Positions 10,388 through 23,750 of a DNA stretch of 64,000 nucleotides are shown here, piece after piece; position 1 is the stretch's first letter, and each line of letters begins with the position of its first letter. The DNA comes from Phyllobates terribilis (lineage: Eukaryota). A model generated the notes under the pieces. It saw only the letters and a program-made list of their open reading frames with translations, did not search any database and was not told where the DNA came from. Both the position numbers and the translations under genes were made by a program. The stretch spans positions 208,630,001-208,694,000 of the forward strand of contig NW_027362773.1 of NCBI RefSeq assembly GCF_046119375.1, read 5' to 3'.

Positions 10388-10530
10388 NNNNNNNNNNNNN
10401 NNNNNNNNNNNNNNNNNNNNNNNNNNNNNNNNNNNNNNNNNNNNNNNNNNNNNNNNNNNNNNNNNNNNNNNNNNNNNNNNNNNNNNNNNNNNNNNNNNNN
10501 NNNNNNNNNNNNNNNNNNNNNNNNNNNNNN
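10388..10530. other. Assembly gap (143 N)
   Basis: Run of N. Confidence 1.
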
Positions 10531-10696
10531 TATGATTTTTTAATATTTAATTTTATTCTTTTAACATTATATATATTTATATATATATCGTATATATTTA
10601 TTTTTATATATTTATTTTTATATTGACTTTATATATATATATATATATATATATTATGATTACTTTTATTCTGTTAATATATTATATATATATATA

Positions 10697-11400
10697 CAGT
10701 GCAGACCAAAAGTTTGGACACCCCTTCTCATTTAAAGATTTTTCTGTATTTTCATGACTATGAAAATTGTACATTCACAATGAAGGCATCAAAACTATGA
10801 ATTAACACATGTGGAATTCCTGGGGCGGTCCTCATGTGAGCCAGTTTCTTTGTAGCGCTTGATGATTTTTGCAACTGCACTTGGGGACACTTTCAAAGTT
10901 TGCCCAATTTTTTGGACTGACTGACCTTCATTTCTTAAAGTAATGATGGCCACTCGCTTTTCTTTACTTAGCTGCTTTTTTCTTGCCATAATATAAATTC
11001 TAACAGTCTATTCAGTAGGACTATCAGCTGTGTATCCACCAGACTTCTGCACAACACAACTGATGGTCCCAACCCCATTTATAAGGCAAGAAATCCCACT
11101 TATTACACCTGACAGGGCACACCTGTGAAGTGAAAACCATTTCCGGTGACTACCTCTTGAAGCTCATCAAGAGAATGCCAAGAGTGTGCAAAGCAGTCAA
11201 AGCAAAAGGTGGCTACTTTGAAGAACCTAGAATATAAGACATATTTTCAGTTGTTTCACACTTTTCTGTTAAGTATATAATTCCACATGTGTTAATTCAT
11301 AGTTTTGATGCCTTCAGTGTGAATGTACAATATTCATAGTCATGAAAATACAGAAAAATCTTTAAACGAGAAGGTGTGTCCAAACTTTTGGTCTGCACTG
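10697..11400 (-). mobile_element. Internally deleted Tc1/mariner element (same family as 61208-62836)
   Basis: TIRs CAGTGCAGACCAAAAGTTTGGACAC; TA flanks; retains only the transposase N-terminus [22 protein letters not shown]...EDRPR. Confidence 0.93.
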
Positions 11401-11444
11401 TATATATATATATATAATATATTAACAGAATAAAAGTAAACATA

Positions 11445-11475
<31 letters not shown>

Positions 11476-11620
11476 ATAAAGAGGCAGCACTCCAAGAAAT
11501 TTCGTGGAGTGCTGCCTCTTTATATTTTTTCTATTGACATGCAGCAGTTTGGACAGACTGTTTGGAGGCTTGGCACCCACTAGTGAGTAATATGAAATGG
11601 TGCTGTCTTTAATTTATATA

Positions 11621-11673
<53 letters not shown>

Positions 11674-11674
<1 letters not shown>

Positions 11675-14671
11675 ACTGCTCAAAAAAATAAAGGGAACAC
11701 TTAAACAGAATATAACTCCAAGTAAATCAAACTTCTGTAAAATCAAACTGTCCACTTAGGAAGCAACACTGATTGACAATCAATTTCACATGCTGTTGTG
11801 CAAATGGAATAGACAATAGATGAAAATTATTGGCAATTATCAAGACCCCCTCAATAAAGGAGTGGTTCTGCAGGTGGGGACCGCAGACCACATCTCAGTA
11901 CCAATGCTTTCTGGCTGATGTTTTGGTCACATTTGAATGTTGTTTGCGTTTTCACACTCGTGGTAGCATGAGATGGACTCTACAACCCACAGAAGTTGCT
12001 CAGGTAGTGCAGCTCATCCAGGATGGCACATCAATGCGAGCTGTGGCAAGAAGGTTGGCTGTGTCTGTCGGCGTAGTGTCCAGAGGCTGGAGGCGCTACC
12101 AGGAGACAGGCCAGTACACCAGTAGACGTGGAAGGGGCCGTAGGAGGGCAACAACCCAGCAGCAGGACTGCTACCTCCGCCTTTGTGCAAGGAGGAACAG
12201 GAGGAGCACTGACAGAGCCCTGCAAAATGACCTCCAGCAGGCCACAAATGTGCATGTGTCTGCACAGATGGTTAGAAACTGACTCCATGAGGGTGGTATG
12301 AGGGCCCGACATCCACAGATGGGGGTTGTGCTCACAGCCCAACACCGTGCAGGACACTTGGCATTTGCCACAGAACACCAGGATTGGCAAAGTCGCCACT
12401 GGCGCCCTGTGCTCTTCACAGATGAAAGCAGGTTCACACCGAGCACATGTGACAGACGTGACATACATAGTTACATAGTTTATAAGGCCGAAAAAAGACA
12501 TGCATCCATCCAGTTCAGCCTATTTCTTGTGCACTGCAGCTATTCCGCAGTGTTGATCCAGGGGAAGGCAAAAAAAAACATGCGGTATAGGCCAATTTAC
12601 ATCATTGAGGAAAAATTCACTTCCCGACTCCAATCTTGCAGTCAGATTAAATCCCTGGATTAATTAACTATCACTAAGCATAAGATGTAATTTTATTGTT
12701 CTCAAGAAAGGCGTCCAGGCCTCTCTTGAACTCATTAAGTGAGTTGGACATCACCACTTCCTCTCCCAGAGAGTTCCAGAGTCTCACGGCTCTGACCGTA
12801 AAGAATCCCCTTCTATGCTGGTGCAGGAACCTCCTTTCCTCCAGACGCATAGTGTGCCCCCTCGTGTTTGTCACCATCCTTGGTATAAACAGGTCATGGG
12901 AGAGATCTCTGTACTGCCCCCTGATATATTTATACATGTTTATGAGGTCTCCCCTAAGCCTTCTCTTTTCCAACGTAAATAGGCCTAATTTTGACAACCT
13001 CTCTGGGTATTCTAGTCCCTCCATTCCCTTTATTACCTTAGTAGCCCTCCTTTGTACCCTCTCTAGCTCCAATATGTCTTTCCTGAGCACAGGAGCCCAG
13101 AACTGTGCACAATATTCTAAGTGCGGCCTTACCAGCGCTTTATACAGAGGAAGAACAATGTTCTCATCATATGCCCCTATTCCTCTTCTGATGCATGCCA
13201 TGACTCTATTTGCCTTCGCAGCTGCTGCCTGACACTGGGCACTCCAATTTAATTTGCTATTAACCAAGACGCCCAGGTCCTTCTCCTTGTCAGATTTCCC
13301 CAACGGTTTCCCATTTAATATGTATGGGTGACTGCTGTTTTTCTTTCCCATGTGCATGACCTTACATTTATCGGCATTGAACCCCATTTGCCATTTTTTG
13401 GCCCAACTCCCCAATTTATCTAAACCCTCCTGTAGCTCTGCCCTATCCTCATCTGTATTAACTACTTTACAAAGTTTAGTATCATCTGCAAATATTGCTA
13501 TTTTACTATGCAACCCTTCCACTAGATCATTAATAAATATATTAAATAATATAGGGCCCAAGACAGACCCTTGAGGCACCCCGCTAGTAACCCTGACACC
13601 CCCTGAGCTTACTCCATTGATAACCACCCTCTGCTTTCTATCACTCAGCCAGCTATTTACCCACTTGCACACATTATCCCCCAGACCAAGCATTCTCATT
13701 TTATATACCAACCTTTTGTGTGGCACGGTATCAAACGCTTTGGAGAAGTCAAGGTATACAACATCCACTGACTCTCCCCGGTCCAGCTGTGAGCTCACCT
13801 CCTCGTAGAAGGCGATCAGGTTTGTTTGGCAGGAGCGATCCCTCATGAATCCATGTTGATATGGAGTTAGACAGTTATTATCATTAAGATATTCTACAAT
13901 ACAATACAGAGTCTGGAGACGCCGTGGAGAGCGATCTGCTGCCTGCAACATCCTTCAGCATGACCGCTTTGGAAGTGGGTCAGTAATGGTGTGGGGTGGC
14001 ATTTCTTTGGAGGGCCGCACAGCCCTCCATGTGCTCTCCAGAGGTAGCCTGACTGCCATTAGGTACCGAGATGAGATCCTCAGACCCCTTGTGAGACGAT
14101 ATGCTGGTGCAGTTGGCCCTGGGTTCCTCCTAATGCAGGACAATGCCAGACCTCATGTGGCTGGAGTGTGTCAGCAGTTCCTGCAAGATGAAGGCATTGA
14201 AGCTATGGACTGGCCCGCCCGTTCCCCAGACCTGAATCCGATTGAGCACATCTGGGACATCATGTCTCGCTCCATCCACCAACGTCACGTTGCACCACAG
14301 ACTGTCCAAGAGTTGACGGATTCTTTAGTCCAGGTCTGGGAGGAGATCCCACAGGAGACCATCCGCAACCTCATCAGGAGCATGCCCAGGCGTTGTAGGG
14401 AGGTCATACAGGCACGTGGAGGCCACACACAATACTGAGCCTCATTTTAACTTGGATCAGCCTGTAGTGTGTTTTTCCACTTTAATTTTGGGGATGACTC
14501 CAAATCCAGGCCTCCATTGGTTAATAAATTTGATTTCCATTGATGATTTTTGTGTGATTTTGTTGTCAGCACATTCAACTTTGTACAGAACAAAGTATTC
14601 AATGAGAATATTTCATTCATTCAAATCTAGGATGTGTTATTTGAGTGTTCCCTTTATTTTTTTGAGCAGTA
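11674..14671 (+). mobile_element. Tc1/mariner element interrupted by a CR1 LINE
   Basis: TIRs CACTGCTCAAAAAAATAAAGGGAACAC. Transposase pieces [14 protein letters not shown]...FTDESRF and MVWGGIS...MQDNARPH...SPDLNPIEH lie on either side of the insertion. Confidence 0.93.
12464..13905 (-). mobile_element. 5'-truncated CR1-type LINE (C-terminal part of the RT ORF, open to its stop at 12674)
   Basis: QHGFM...YLDFSKAFDTVPH...GVPQGSVLGPILF...FADDTK...LERVQRRATK...RLRGDLI; 3' end in a TAACTATG-type short repeat. Confidence 0.95.
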
Positions 14672-16071
14672 TATATATATACACACACACACACACACCG
14701 TATATATACATACATACATATATAATTAATTTTATTCTTTTAAATTAAATATCAGGTGAAATTACATTAGTGCAGATCTGGACTGTAGACAGTTAAAGCC
14801 CAAATCTTGTTCATTTACCATTACTGCCCCTTTTCTTGCAGATTTTCTGCGTATTATGTGTAGGGGAGGTTTTCCTTTATAATATAGAAAAGCCAAAGGA
14901 AGAAGAAAAAAGAAAAACACAAGAAAAGACACAATACCCAGAAAACCAAAAATAAAACTGAAATGCTAAATACGTAATGGGGTTTAGATTTCAGAATAGG
15001 TCAGGGATAGGCAACCCTGCAGCACATCGGCTGCAGTGTGACTACAGCTCCCAACATACCCTTACAGATGGGAATTGTAGTTTATTTTACACTGGGGAAT
15101 ATTGTATTTAAGAAAGGATTTCCAAGTTGTGGACAAACCCTTTAAACAGTAAAAAAACAAACAAAACAGGACAACGCTTTCCTGGATGAGCCCTTTCATG
15201 CTTCTTGATCTTTAGATACCACCTGCAGCTTCTATTAGCTTATGGAATTGCAAGTTATGCAGTTTTCTAATACTGACTTTCTTAAAGGGATTGTCCATTA
15301 ACAAACATTTCTCACTATCTGGGTCTCCGAGAACCATTTTTCTTTGTATGGCAATGCATCGCCATTGTTGTGCAAGTATACGGGTTTAAAGGACGGCCTT
15401 GGCCCGCAGACATATAGGTGGGCTGCAGCTGTTTGAGGAGGCTTTGATCACACTCAAGTGTTTAATAAGCCGGTGCACAAGGTCCCTGGGATCGGCCACA
15501 CTGGTTCCTTTCTCTCCTCTGTGTGCTGCAGGTAACACTTGAAGATATGGAAAGTTTACCTAACTCTTAAGGCTGCACCTAGGTGAGATTATCACAGGAC
15601 TGCCAGATGCCTCAGCGCAGGGCGAGGAATGTAGACACCTCCATGTCATTATCAGCTCCCCCAGCAATCCAGAGGATCAGCAGTGTTTGCCTTCACCTTA
15701 CTCACTCCATGTAAATATTAACAGGTGCCCCCATTGCACCGGCTGGGGAATAGGGAGGGGGACATGAAAATCAGAGACTTGCAATGTAACACTGGCATTA
15801 GATGACGTCAGCTTGGAAAATTTTGGCTTTGAATGATGTGAATCCCCCATAATCATGTCTCCAAATCAAGCCGTGAGATCATTAATGCATCTAACATTTT
15901 AAAAGAAATTTGATAAAGTATTTTTTTAATCATTACCAGCTCCTTTGCAGATCTATGCATCTCCATGGTTACAGACGACAAACAAACCCATGTGTAGTCT
16001 GGTCCCGCAGTCATGTGCTGCCCCTTACCTTCTCGTCTATGTCGGTGGATGGACGAGAGAAAAACTATATT

Positions 16072-16390
16072 AACAGTCCAAGCGACAGCCGGCACTCGCA
16101 TCTTCTTAAAAGAATTGCTTGATTGATCCAGTAGTATAAAAGGCACAAAAATTAAAAAGACAGAAAAGAAATATCTGCTGCGCTCCCAAGCAACATGTTT
16201 CAGACCTGCATGGTCCTTTGTCAGGGCAGGTAAGTGTGAAACATGTTGCCCGGGAGCGCAGTGGATATTTCTTTTCTGCCTTTTTAATTTTTGTGCTGTT
16301 TTCATCCATTTTATTTTACTTTTTATACTACTGGATCAATAAAGCAATTGTTTTAAGAAGATGTGAGTGCCGGCTGTCGTTTGGACTGTT
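16072..16390. repeat. Fold-back palindrome (about 320 bp) with a degenerate hammerhead-like core at its centre; Penelope-type
   Basis: Arms AACAGTCCAAGCGACAGCCGGCACTC... and ...GAGTGCCGGCTGTCGTTTGGACTGTT; centre contains GAAACATGTTGC on both strands. Confidence 0.7.
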
Positions 16391-16539
16391 GCTATTACTG
16401 GAGTATTTTGCCGTGCACTCGGACAAGTGAGCTGATCGCTCCTTTTTCACATTTTATAGTAAAAGTATATACACACATGAAGATTTTTCAAGCTGCGAAT
16501 GATTGGTTCTTTGACATTTTTTGCAGTACAGTCATCATG

Positions 16540-18165
16540 CAGTGGGTACAGAAAGTATTCAGACTTCTTTAAATTTTTCACTCTGTTTCATTGCAGCCAT
16601 TTGGTAAATTCTAAAAAGTTCTTTTTTTTCTCATTAATGTACACTCTGCACCCCATCTTGACTGAATAAAAACAGAAATGTAGAAATTTTTGCAAATTTA
16701 TTAAAAAAGAAAAACTGAACTATCACATGGTCATAAGTATTCAGACCCTTTGCTCAGTATTGAGTAGAAGCCCCCTTTTGAACTAGTACAGCCATGAGTC
16801 TTCTTGGGAATGATGCAACAAGTTTTTCACACCTGGATTTGGGGATCCTCTGCCGTTCTTCCTTGCAGATCCTCTCCAGTTCCGTCAGGTTGGATGGAGA
16901 ACGTTGGTGGACAGACATTTTCAGGTCTCTCCAGAGATGCTCAATTGGGTTTAGGTCAGGGCTCTGGCTGGGCCAGTCAAGAATGGGCACAGAGTTGTTC
17001 TGAAGCCACTCCTTTGTTATTTTAGCTGTGTGCTTAGGGTCATTGTCTTGTTAGAAGGTGAACCTTCGGCCAAGTGTGAGGTCCAGAGCACTCTGGAAGA
17101 GGTTTTCATCCAGGATATCTCCGTACTTGGCCGCATTCATGTTTCCTTCAATTGCAACCAGTCGTCCTGTCCCTGCAGCTGAAAAACACCCGCATAGCAT
17201 GATGCTGCCACCACCATGTTTCACTGATGGGATAGTATTGGGCAGGTGATGAGCAGTGCCTGGTTTTCTCCATACATACCACTTACAATTATCACCAAAA
17301 AGTTCTATCTTCGTCTCATCAGACCAGAGAATTTTGTTTCTCATAGTCTGGGAGTCCTTCATGTGTTTTTGAGCAAACTCTATGTGGGCTTTCATATGTC
17401 TTGCACTAAGGAGAGGCTTCCGTCGGGCCACTCTGCCATAAAGGCCCGACTGGTGGAGGGCTGCAGTGATTGTTGACTTTGTGGAACTTTCTCCCATCTC
17501 CCTACTGCATCTCTGGAGCTCAGCCACAGTGATCTTGGGGTTCTTCTTTACCTCTCTCACCAAGGCTCTTCTCCCACGACGGCTCAGTTTGGCTGGATGG
17601 CCAGGTCTAGGAAGACTTCTGGTGGTCCCAAACTTCTTCCATTTAAGGATTATGGAGGCCACTGTGTTCTTAGGAACCTTGTGTAATACAGAAATTCTTT
17701 TGTAACCTTGGCCAGATCTGTGCCTTGCCACAATTCTGTCTCTGAGCTCCTTGAGCAGTTCCTTTGAGCTCATGATTATCATTTGGTCTGACATGCACTG
17801 TGAGGTCTTATATAGACAGGTGTGTGCCTTTCCAAATCAAGTCCTATCAGTTTAATTAAACACAACTATATCCAATGAAGGAGTACAACCATCTCAAGGA
17901 GGATCACAAGGAAATAGACAGCATGTGACTTAAATATGAGTGTCTGAGCAAAGGGTCTGAATACTTATGACCATGTAATATTTCAGTTTTTCTTTTTTAA
18001 TAAATTTGCAAAAATTTCTACATTTCTGTTTTTTTTCAGTCAAGATGGGGTGCAGAGTGTACTTTAATGAGAAAAACAAATGAACTTTTTAGAATTTACC
18101 AAATGGCTGCAATGAAACAAAGAGTGAAAAATTTAAAGGGGTCTGAATACTTTCCCTACCCACTG
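16540..18165 (-). mobile_element. Full-length IR/DR-type Tc1 transposon; 339-codon transposase (17773 to 16754) with one nonsense codon
   Basis: Long TIRs with an inner direct repeat AAGTATTCAGAC. MSSKEL...WSDETK...F*QDNDPKH...SPDLNPIE; both ORF halves are in the same frame, separated by TAA at 17051-17053. Confidence 0.95.
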
Positions 18166-20335
18166 TATATGTGCATGTGTTTATATTACATATACCCTCA
18201 TTCTCCAAGATTGCAAATGTGTTTGCATCAATATTCCAATTGTTTGGACACAGGATTATAGCTGCATGTCATCTCATCTATTGTGTAGATAGGTGATAAA
18301 TGTATGATTGCTGTAGGGGGGTCTTGAGTCCCCTGTATTAATGAAGAGCAGCACGTGACCAGTGCGTCATCCACTGATAGGAAGAGGTGGTCGCACATGC
18401 ACACTACCAGGGTGACGCGGGGACTGCATTGATAAACCTAATGCCCTTTTTTTTTTTAAGGCATTGTCCAGAAATGACATATTGATGATCATCAACATGA
18501 GATCAGTGGGGGTCCGACACCTACCACCCCCACTGATCAGCTAAAATTAGCTGAGGCAGTAGCCAGATAAGCACCGTACGTGGCGATATTAAACATAGCA
18601 CTCCGTGCCCGCAGCATTTTTGACTTTTCCTATGAATAGGTCATCAATATGTCAGTTCCAGACACCCCCTTTGATCAGAAAATGACCATATGATTAAATC
18701 TGGTATTCATAATAAATGTAATAAGATTTTTTTAGATCACAATTTATATAAATGAATGAAAACAAAATTGCAAATTTTCACACTAGACCCAATATTGGAG
18801 CACGCAAGGTCACTGTGAAGGGAGGAGGAGGAGGTGAGCTGTGATATATCACTTATTATGATTGGTAGATCCTGTCATTGTTAACCTGGCTGTGATGATA
18901 ACGAGAATGCTGAAAGTAATCTGTATAGTAAAGTATTCAGTGTGAAAATTACTTCTTTTTTTATACTGATATGAAAAATATAAATGTTTACAAAATACCT
19001 GATTTAAATAATAGATAATTTTTTGATGACACATAGGATGCTAGGAAAATATTTTATCCCCATTATGGAAATTTCAGGTTGGATTTTTGTGACTTTTTTT
19101 TTTATATATCTTAATAAAAAAAAGACAAAAAAAAACACTCGGTGGAATGAAACTGCATTTTACTGAGAAAAATGGTTTTGCTACAAATACATAATAAATT
19201 GTTGTAACTTCCAAAAAACAGTTATTTTTCTCATCAAAACTTCTAGTATTCAGCATGTTCTGCAAAATAAAACAGGTAACACAGAGAGACACAGTGTAAG
19301 AACTACACACAGACAGACGATATATTCACATGTGCAAGTCCTCCATACATCCACACAATCTGGAGGATACAGGGCTCTGAAAAGAAGAATTTCTTGCAAT
19401 ATGCACCCCCTGCCCCTCCCCCCCCACCCCTTTAAATACAGACACTTCCCCGCCCGCTCCCTACCCTGAATCCCACCCCCAGCACCATAACCTTTAGAGA
19501 TTGGGTGCATTAAAGTGACTTATCTGAATTACCACCACCGGCCTCCAGATACTGCTTTGGATTTACACTTGGTCACTGACCCCCATCAAATCTACTGGCG
19601 GCAATGAAAGGGTTAATTAAGAAAAATTACCCCAAAAAAGCAGTCGTCTGGTTACATTCATAAACACAAGTCGGAATCGGTCACTTAAGTCGCAGATCCA
19701 CGTGTACCCCATAAGACCCCTCTTTAAAAGGGGATTTTTAATCAAATTGCAAAGTGCTTGCAATTTATTTCTTATTAAAAATCTTATTTATTCTCAAAAA
19801 TGGAGGGATTTTTTTTTTTAATCTCTACAAGTTTACTGATAGTCTCATAGGTTGCCGGCTTCCTCTGCAGTCTTATCAGAGGTGGTCAGTAAAGAGCGTG
19901 GGCTTGCAAGTTGGCCAGATCGCCAATCTTCCGATTCTGCTTGCAGCATGGGAGAGCGCCCAGTTCGGACCAGAAGCGGGACAATTGTCCGAACTGTCAA
20001 TCTTCAGTGGCAAATTTTACCTCCAGATTCCATATTTAGGACGTCACCCCAGGAGCAGCGCCGCTCTTGTCCGTGGATTGTGCCCCTATATAAGTGAACG
20101 AGACAGCGCTACTGATCCTAAGAATATAGGAGCCGCAGTAATTGGACAATATTCACATGTCTCTATCCCTGCGCAGTGACTTTTTGGCTGCGCAGGGGAC
20201 TTGCAGCACCGTCTTCCACAGCTAGGTGGCACTGCTGTGCAGGGAAAATTTAGACGGGGCTGTGGTACAGAATCAGCCCTTTATTCTTGGGGGTCCCAAG
20301 GGGAGACCAAACCGATAATAACAGCAAAGCTTATA

Positions 20336-20478
20336 NNNNNNNNNNNNNNNNNNNNNNNNNNNNNNNNNNNNNNNNNNNNNNNNNNNNNNNNNNNNNNNNN
20401 NNNNNNNNNNNNNNNNNNNNNNNNNNNNNNNNNNNNNNNNNNNNNNNNNNNNNNNNNNNNNNNNNNNNNNNNNNNNNN
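20336..20478. other. Assembly gap (143 N)
   Basis: Run of N. Confidence 1.
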
Positions 20479-22164
20479 GAAAGAATTGTCCTTCCTCCCA
20501 AATCTGCGCGACTGAAGTGACCGCCGTTTGTGAATGTGCCCAGTTTCAGAACGGGTGGTCCCTTACAACCTTTGGCTAACCCAGCAAATTAAATTAAGTC
20601 CCTGTCCAATAATGTGTTAATTATTTCACCCCACCCTCCTTAAATAAGAGAAATGACCACGGACAGATGGAGAACAGCAGAAGACCCACGGCAATGGTAA
20701 TAAGACGTATTTGCATTGTTCGGTTGAGGTAAGAGATTGTTTCTGTGCCCGGACTGTACTGGTGTAGGAAGGCCGAAAAAAAACTGCCCTCTTACCTTTT
20801 GCAAAAGTGAAATTGACAAAAAAAAAGGTATAATACTACCACAGAAGACGGACATTTACGCAAAATCTTTTTCTATTGCGGAGGTAGGAAAAAAAACAAC
20901 AACAATTTTTTGAACCCCTGCCTACCTGTAAACAATTAAAAGAGAAATAGGTAAAATAAAAGTGATAAAACTTTTCCATGCTAACTCTGCTGCCCTCTAT
21001 GGACCATGAAGGGTACTACATGGACAGATGTTAGTGCAAATATGAAGTTTGGGACGGAGCCTAAAGCTCCCGTTTGCTGTCATTATCTTGTACTGATGTG
21101 AAATGACAGATTTTATTATTTAGGTCCAAAAGGTGCTTATGCAGGATAGTGATAATAAAATAAAAAAAACAAAACAAACATGCTTCTCTATGAAATGACA
21201 GCGACATAAGAAACGTGCAAACATCAATATCTCAATAATCCCGGAATAAAACATAAAAGAAAATGAATGTTCTGCTAAAACCACAGGTGTAATAAAAAAA
21301 CAAACAAAAAAAAAAAAACAGAAAAAGGGGGCTTCGGCCATGCTTGTAAAAGGGGGTCACATGTAACCTTCTTATACATTCAGGTTTTAAAAAGAAAAAA
21401 AAGTTTGCGTTCCGTGATATTTTCTAAAATGATTGCGACCGGCGAGACTGGAAAATGAGGTTTAACAGAAAGTACAACTTTTTGGGATGTTAGATGGGGA
21501 CCCGCTTCCCGTCCTTGGACTATAGGAAACCCTGATGCCCATAGAAATCAATGAGAATTAAAGAGATTTCCACGTGCGCTCGCCATGGAGGATATTGGGA
21601 GTTAATTCTTAATTCTTTTCTACATAGTCCTGCATCTTGTAGACATAAACGAAGCATCCAGTCCATGTCTAGTCATCCATAGCTACTATTAACATCAATG
21701 GAAAGATGTCCAAATCCTATTGTGACATAGGGTGGAGGGGTCACGGCTTCTGGAAATTACTTATTAACTGGTCGCATGGTTAAATCAGAATCCTGGTAAT
21801 GAAAATGGGATGGATTTAAAGGGGAATTGCCACCTTAAGATGGGTCAGCACATGACTAGACCAATGGTCATGCATGTGCACAACTCTCTGTATTCACTTC
21901 TATGGGAGTTACAGACTGGTAGGAGGGGACCTACATTTTGGAGATAGAGATCGGACCTTCATCTATCAGACATTTATGATCGGAGCCCTGTGCACTGCCT
22001 CCTACCTGCCTTCTGATTAGTAGCCCAGGTGCAGCGTCATGGCATATCGATGATGGGGATTTTTGTAAGTTGTCAGGACGCTTGCAAGGCTCACATCAGA
22101 CAGTCACTGGACCAGGTCCTTACGATTCGCTCATCTCTAAGGTGGGAACATCCCTTTAAGGGCA

Positions 22165-22300
22165 CAGATGGCCCCATAAATCAGGCTGAAAACTTTCCGC
22201 AATGCACTGACTGGCCGGCGGCTCTCCCGAGCCGAACGTTACAGCTGCCGGCCAGTCTTTGCATTGCTGGGAGATTTCAGTCCGATTTATATGGCCATCT
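22165..22300. mobile_element. Small hairpin MITE-like element
   Basis: Inverted ends AGATGGCCCCATAAATC / GATTTATATGGCCATCT with internal arms ACTGGCCGGC / GCCGGCCAGT. Confidence 0.6.
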
Positions 22301-23385
22301 AACAGCGCCTTAAAAAATATTTATGGTGGATCCCGGCTTATTTAAACCCATTTATTGAGTCTGTCAGGGGCAATACTCCATTACACGGTCCTATATAGGC
22401 AAAATTAAAAAAAATAATATAATATATATATCCAGGGCTCTTTATCGTAGTGCCAGATTCAACCCTACCGATCATAAAGCTGACCGAAGGAATAGAATCA
22501 GAGCTCTTCGGTTCCAGAAAAATACTATTATTACTAATCCAAACAGGGACGCCATGAAGAGTAAAGTGATTTCCTTACTTTTATGTTACATCGTTTTTAT
22601 ACACTAGAAAATAGCAAAGCTTCCCACGAATGCATTAAAAATGCCAAAAAATGTGCATTTCTTATTCTTTTTTTTAATTTTTTTTAAAGCCAATAAAAAA
22701 GAAATGTGTTCACCCTTTATTCTCTGTGTAACTGTGTGCTAAAGCGCTGCAGGGCATCAGATAGATTTCTGCAGATAGTAACGCTTTTTTTGTAAAGATT
22801 TTACTTTATTATTGGTATAGAGAGCAGAACGTGACGCCCTCCTTATATTCTTCCCTTATATTTTATAGGGGTTGTAGAAGAATAAGCCTGGCCGCTTCCT
22901 CCTTCCAAAAGCAGCACCACTCTTGTCTTTAGGCTGTGATTGGTATTGCAGCTATGGTAAATCCTGGGGCTGCAATACCAGTCCAATCCTATGGGTGGCA
23001 GCGTTTCTGGAAAGAATTATTCCTGCAGTGCTCTAGCGAGTTCCCCAGTTTTCACCCCCAAAACACGAATAGATCACCCACAGAGAAAAGGTGACAGCTG
23101 CTATATCCAAACTTAAAGGGTAGCTCCGCTTCTAGCTAAAAAAAATAAAAATAAAATCACACCTTATTGTACAAGAGGGAAAATCTTATCTAGGAACCCG
23201 CCACCGTCTTTAACCTTGTACAGGTGTGATGTTAGCTACCCACGGAGTGACACTTTAAACCCCAAAAGTCCAGTCACCGTGGTACGGCAGCTGCATCAAG
23301 GTGGAAGCTTCACAGAATTTGCTAAATGTATTCCCTGCCAGAATCCAATCAGAACCAAAATTTGGAAAGATTTCCAAGCCACCCC

Positions 23386-23750
23386 TTCTCCGGCACATTT
23401 TAATATATTGTTTAATCGGACCTGACAAGTAAGGGCAGCATATTACACAGCTACAGGTCCAGAGACAGAACAGCACAAATGCCGCTTGGCTACTAGTAGT
23501 GCTGCAGACCGGTGGTCCGAGTTATACATGAGGGAAGAGCTCTGCACTTTCCACAAGTTGGTGATTGACAGGCTGCTCCATTCTCCGGCACAGTTTAATG
23601 TATTGTTTAATTGGACTTTACACGGCTACAGTTCCAAACACAAAACAGCACAAAATGCCGCTTGGCTACTAGCAGCCCTGAGACTGGTGGTCCGAGTTAT
23701 ACATGTGAGGAGAGCTCTGCATGTTTTGCAAGGTAGTGATTGACAGGTTG
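23386..23750. repeat. Imperfect direct duplication, about 195 bp period, downstream of RNF166
   Basis: TTCTCCGGCACA...ACAGCACAAATGCCGCTTGGCTACTAG...GGTGATTGACAGG occurs at 23386 and 23581. Confidence 0.8.

Noticed and set aside
10388-10530. Two N runs of identical length (143)
   Set aside because: Assembly placeholders, not biology; sequence next to them should be treated with caution.
19754-20179. 141-aa ORF as an extra gene between SNAI3 and RNF166
   Set aside because: No recognisable domain, no ATG start or splice structure, and no gene expected here from synteny.
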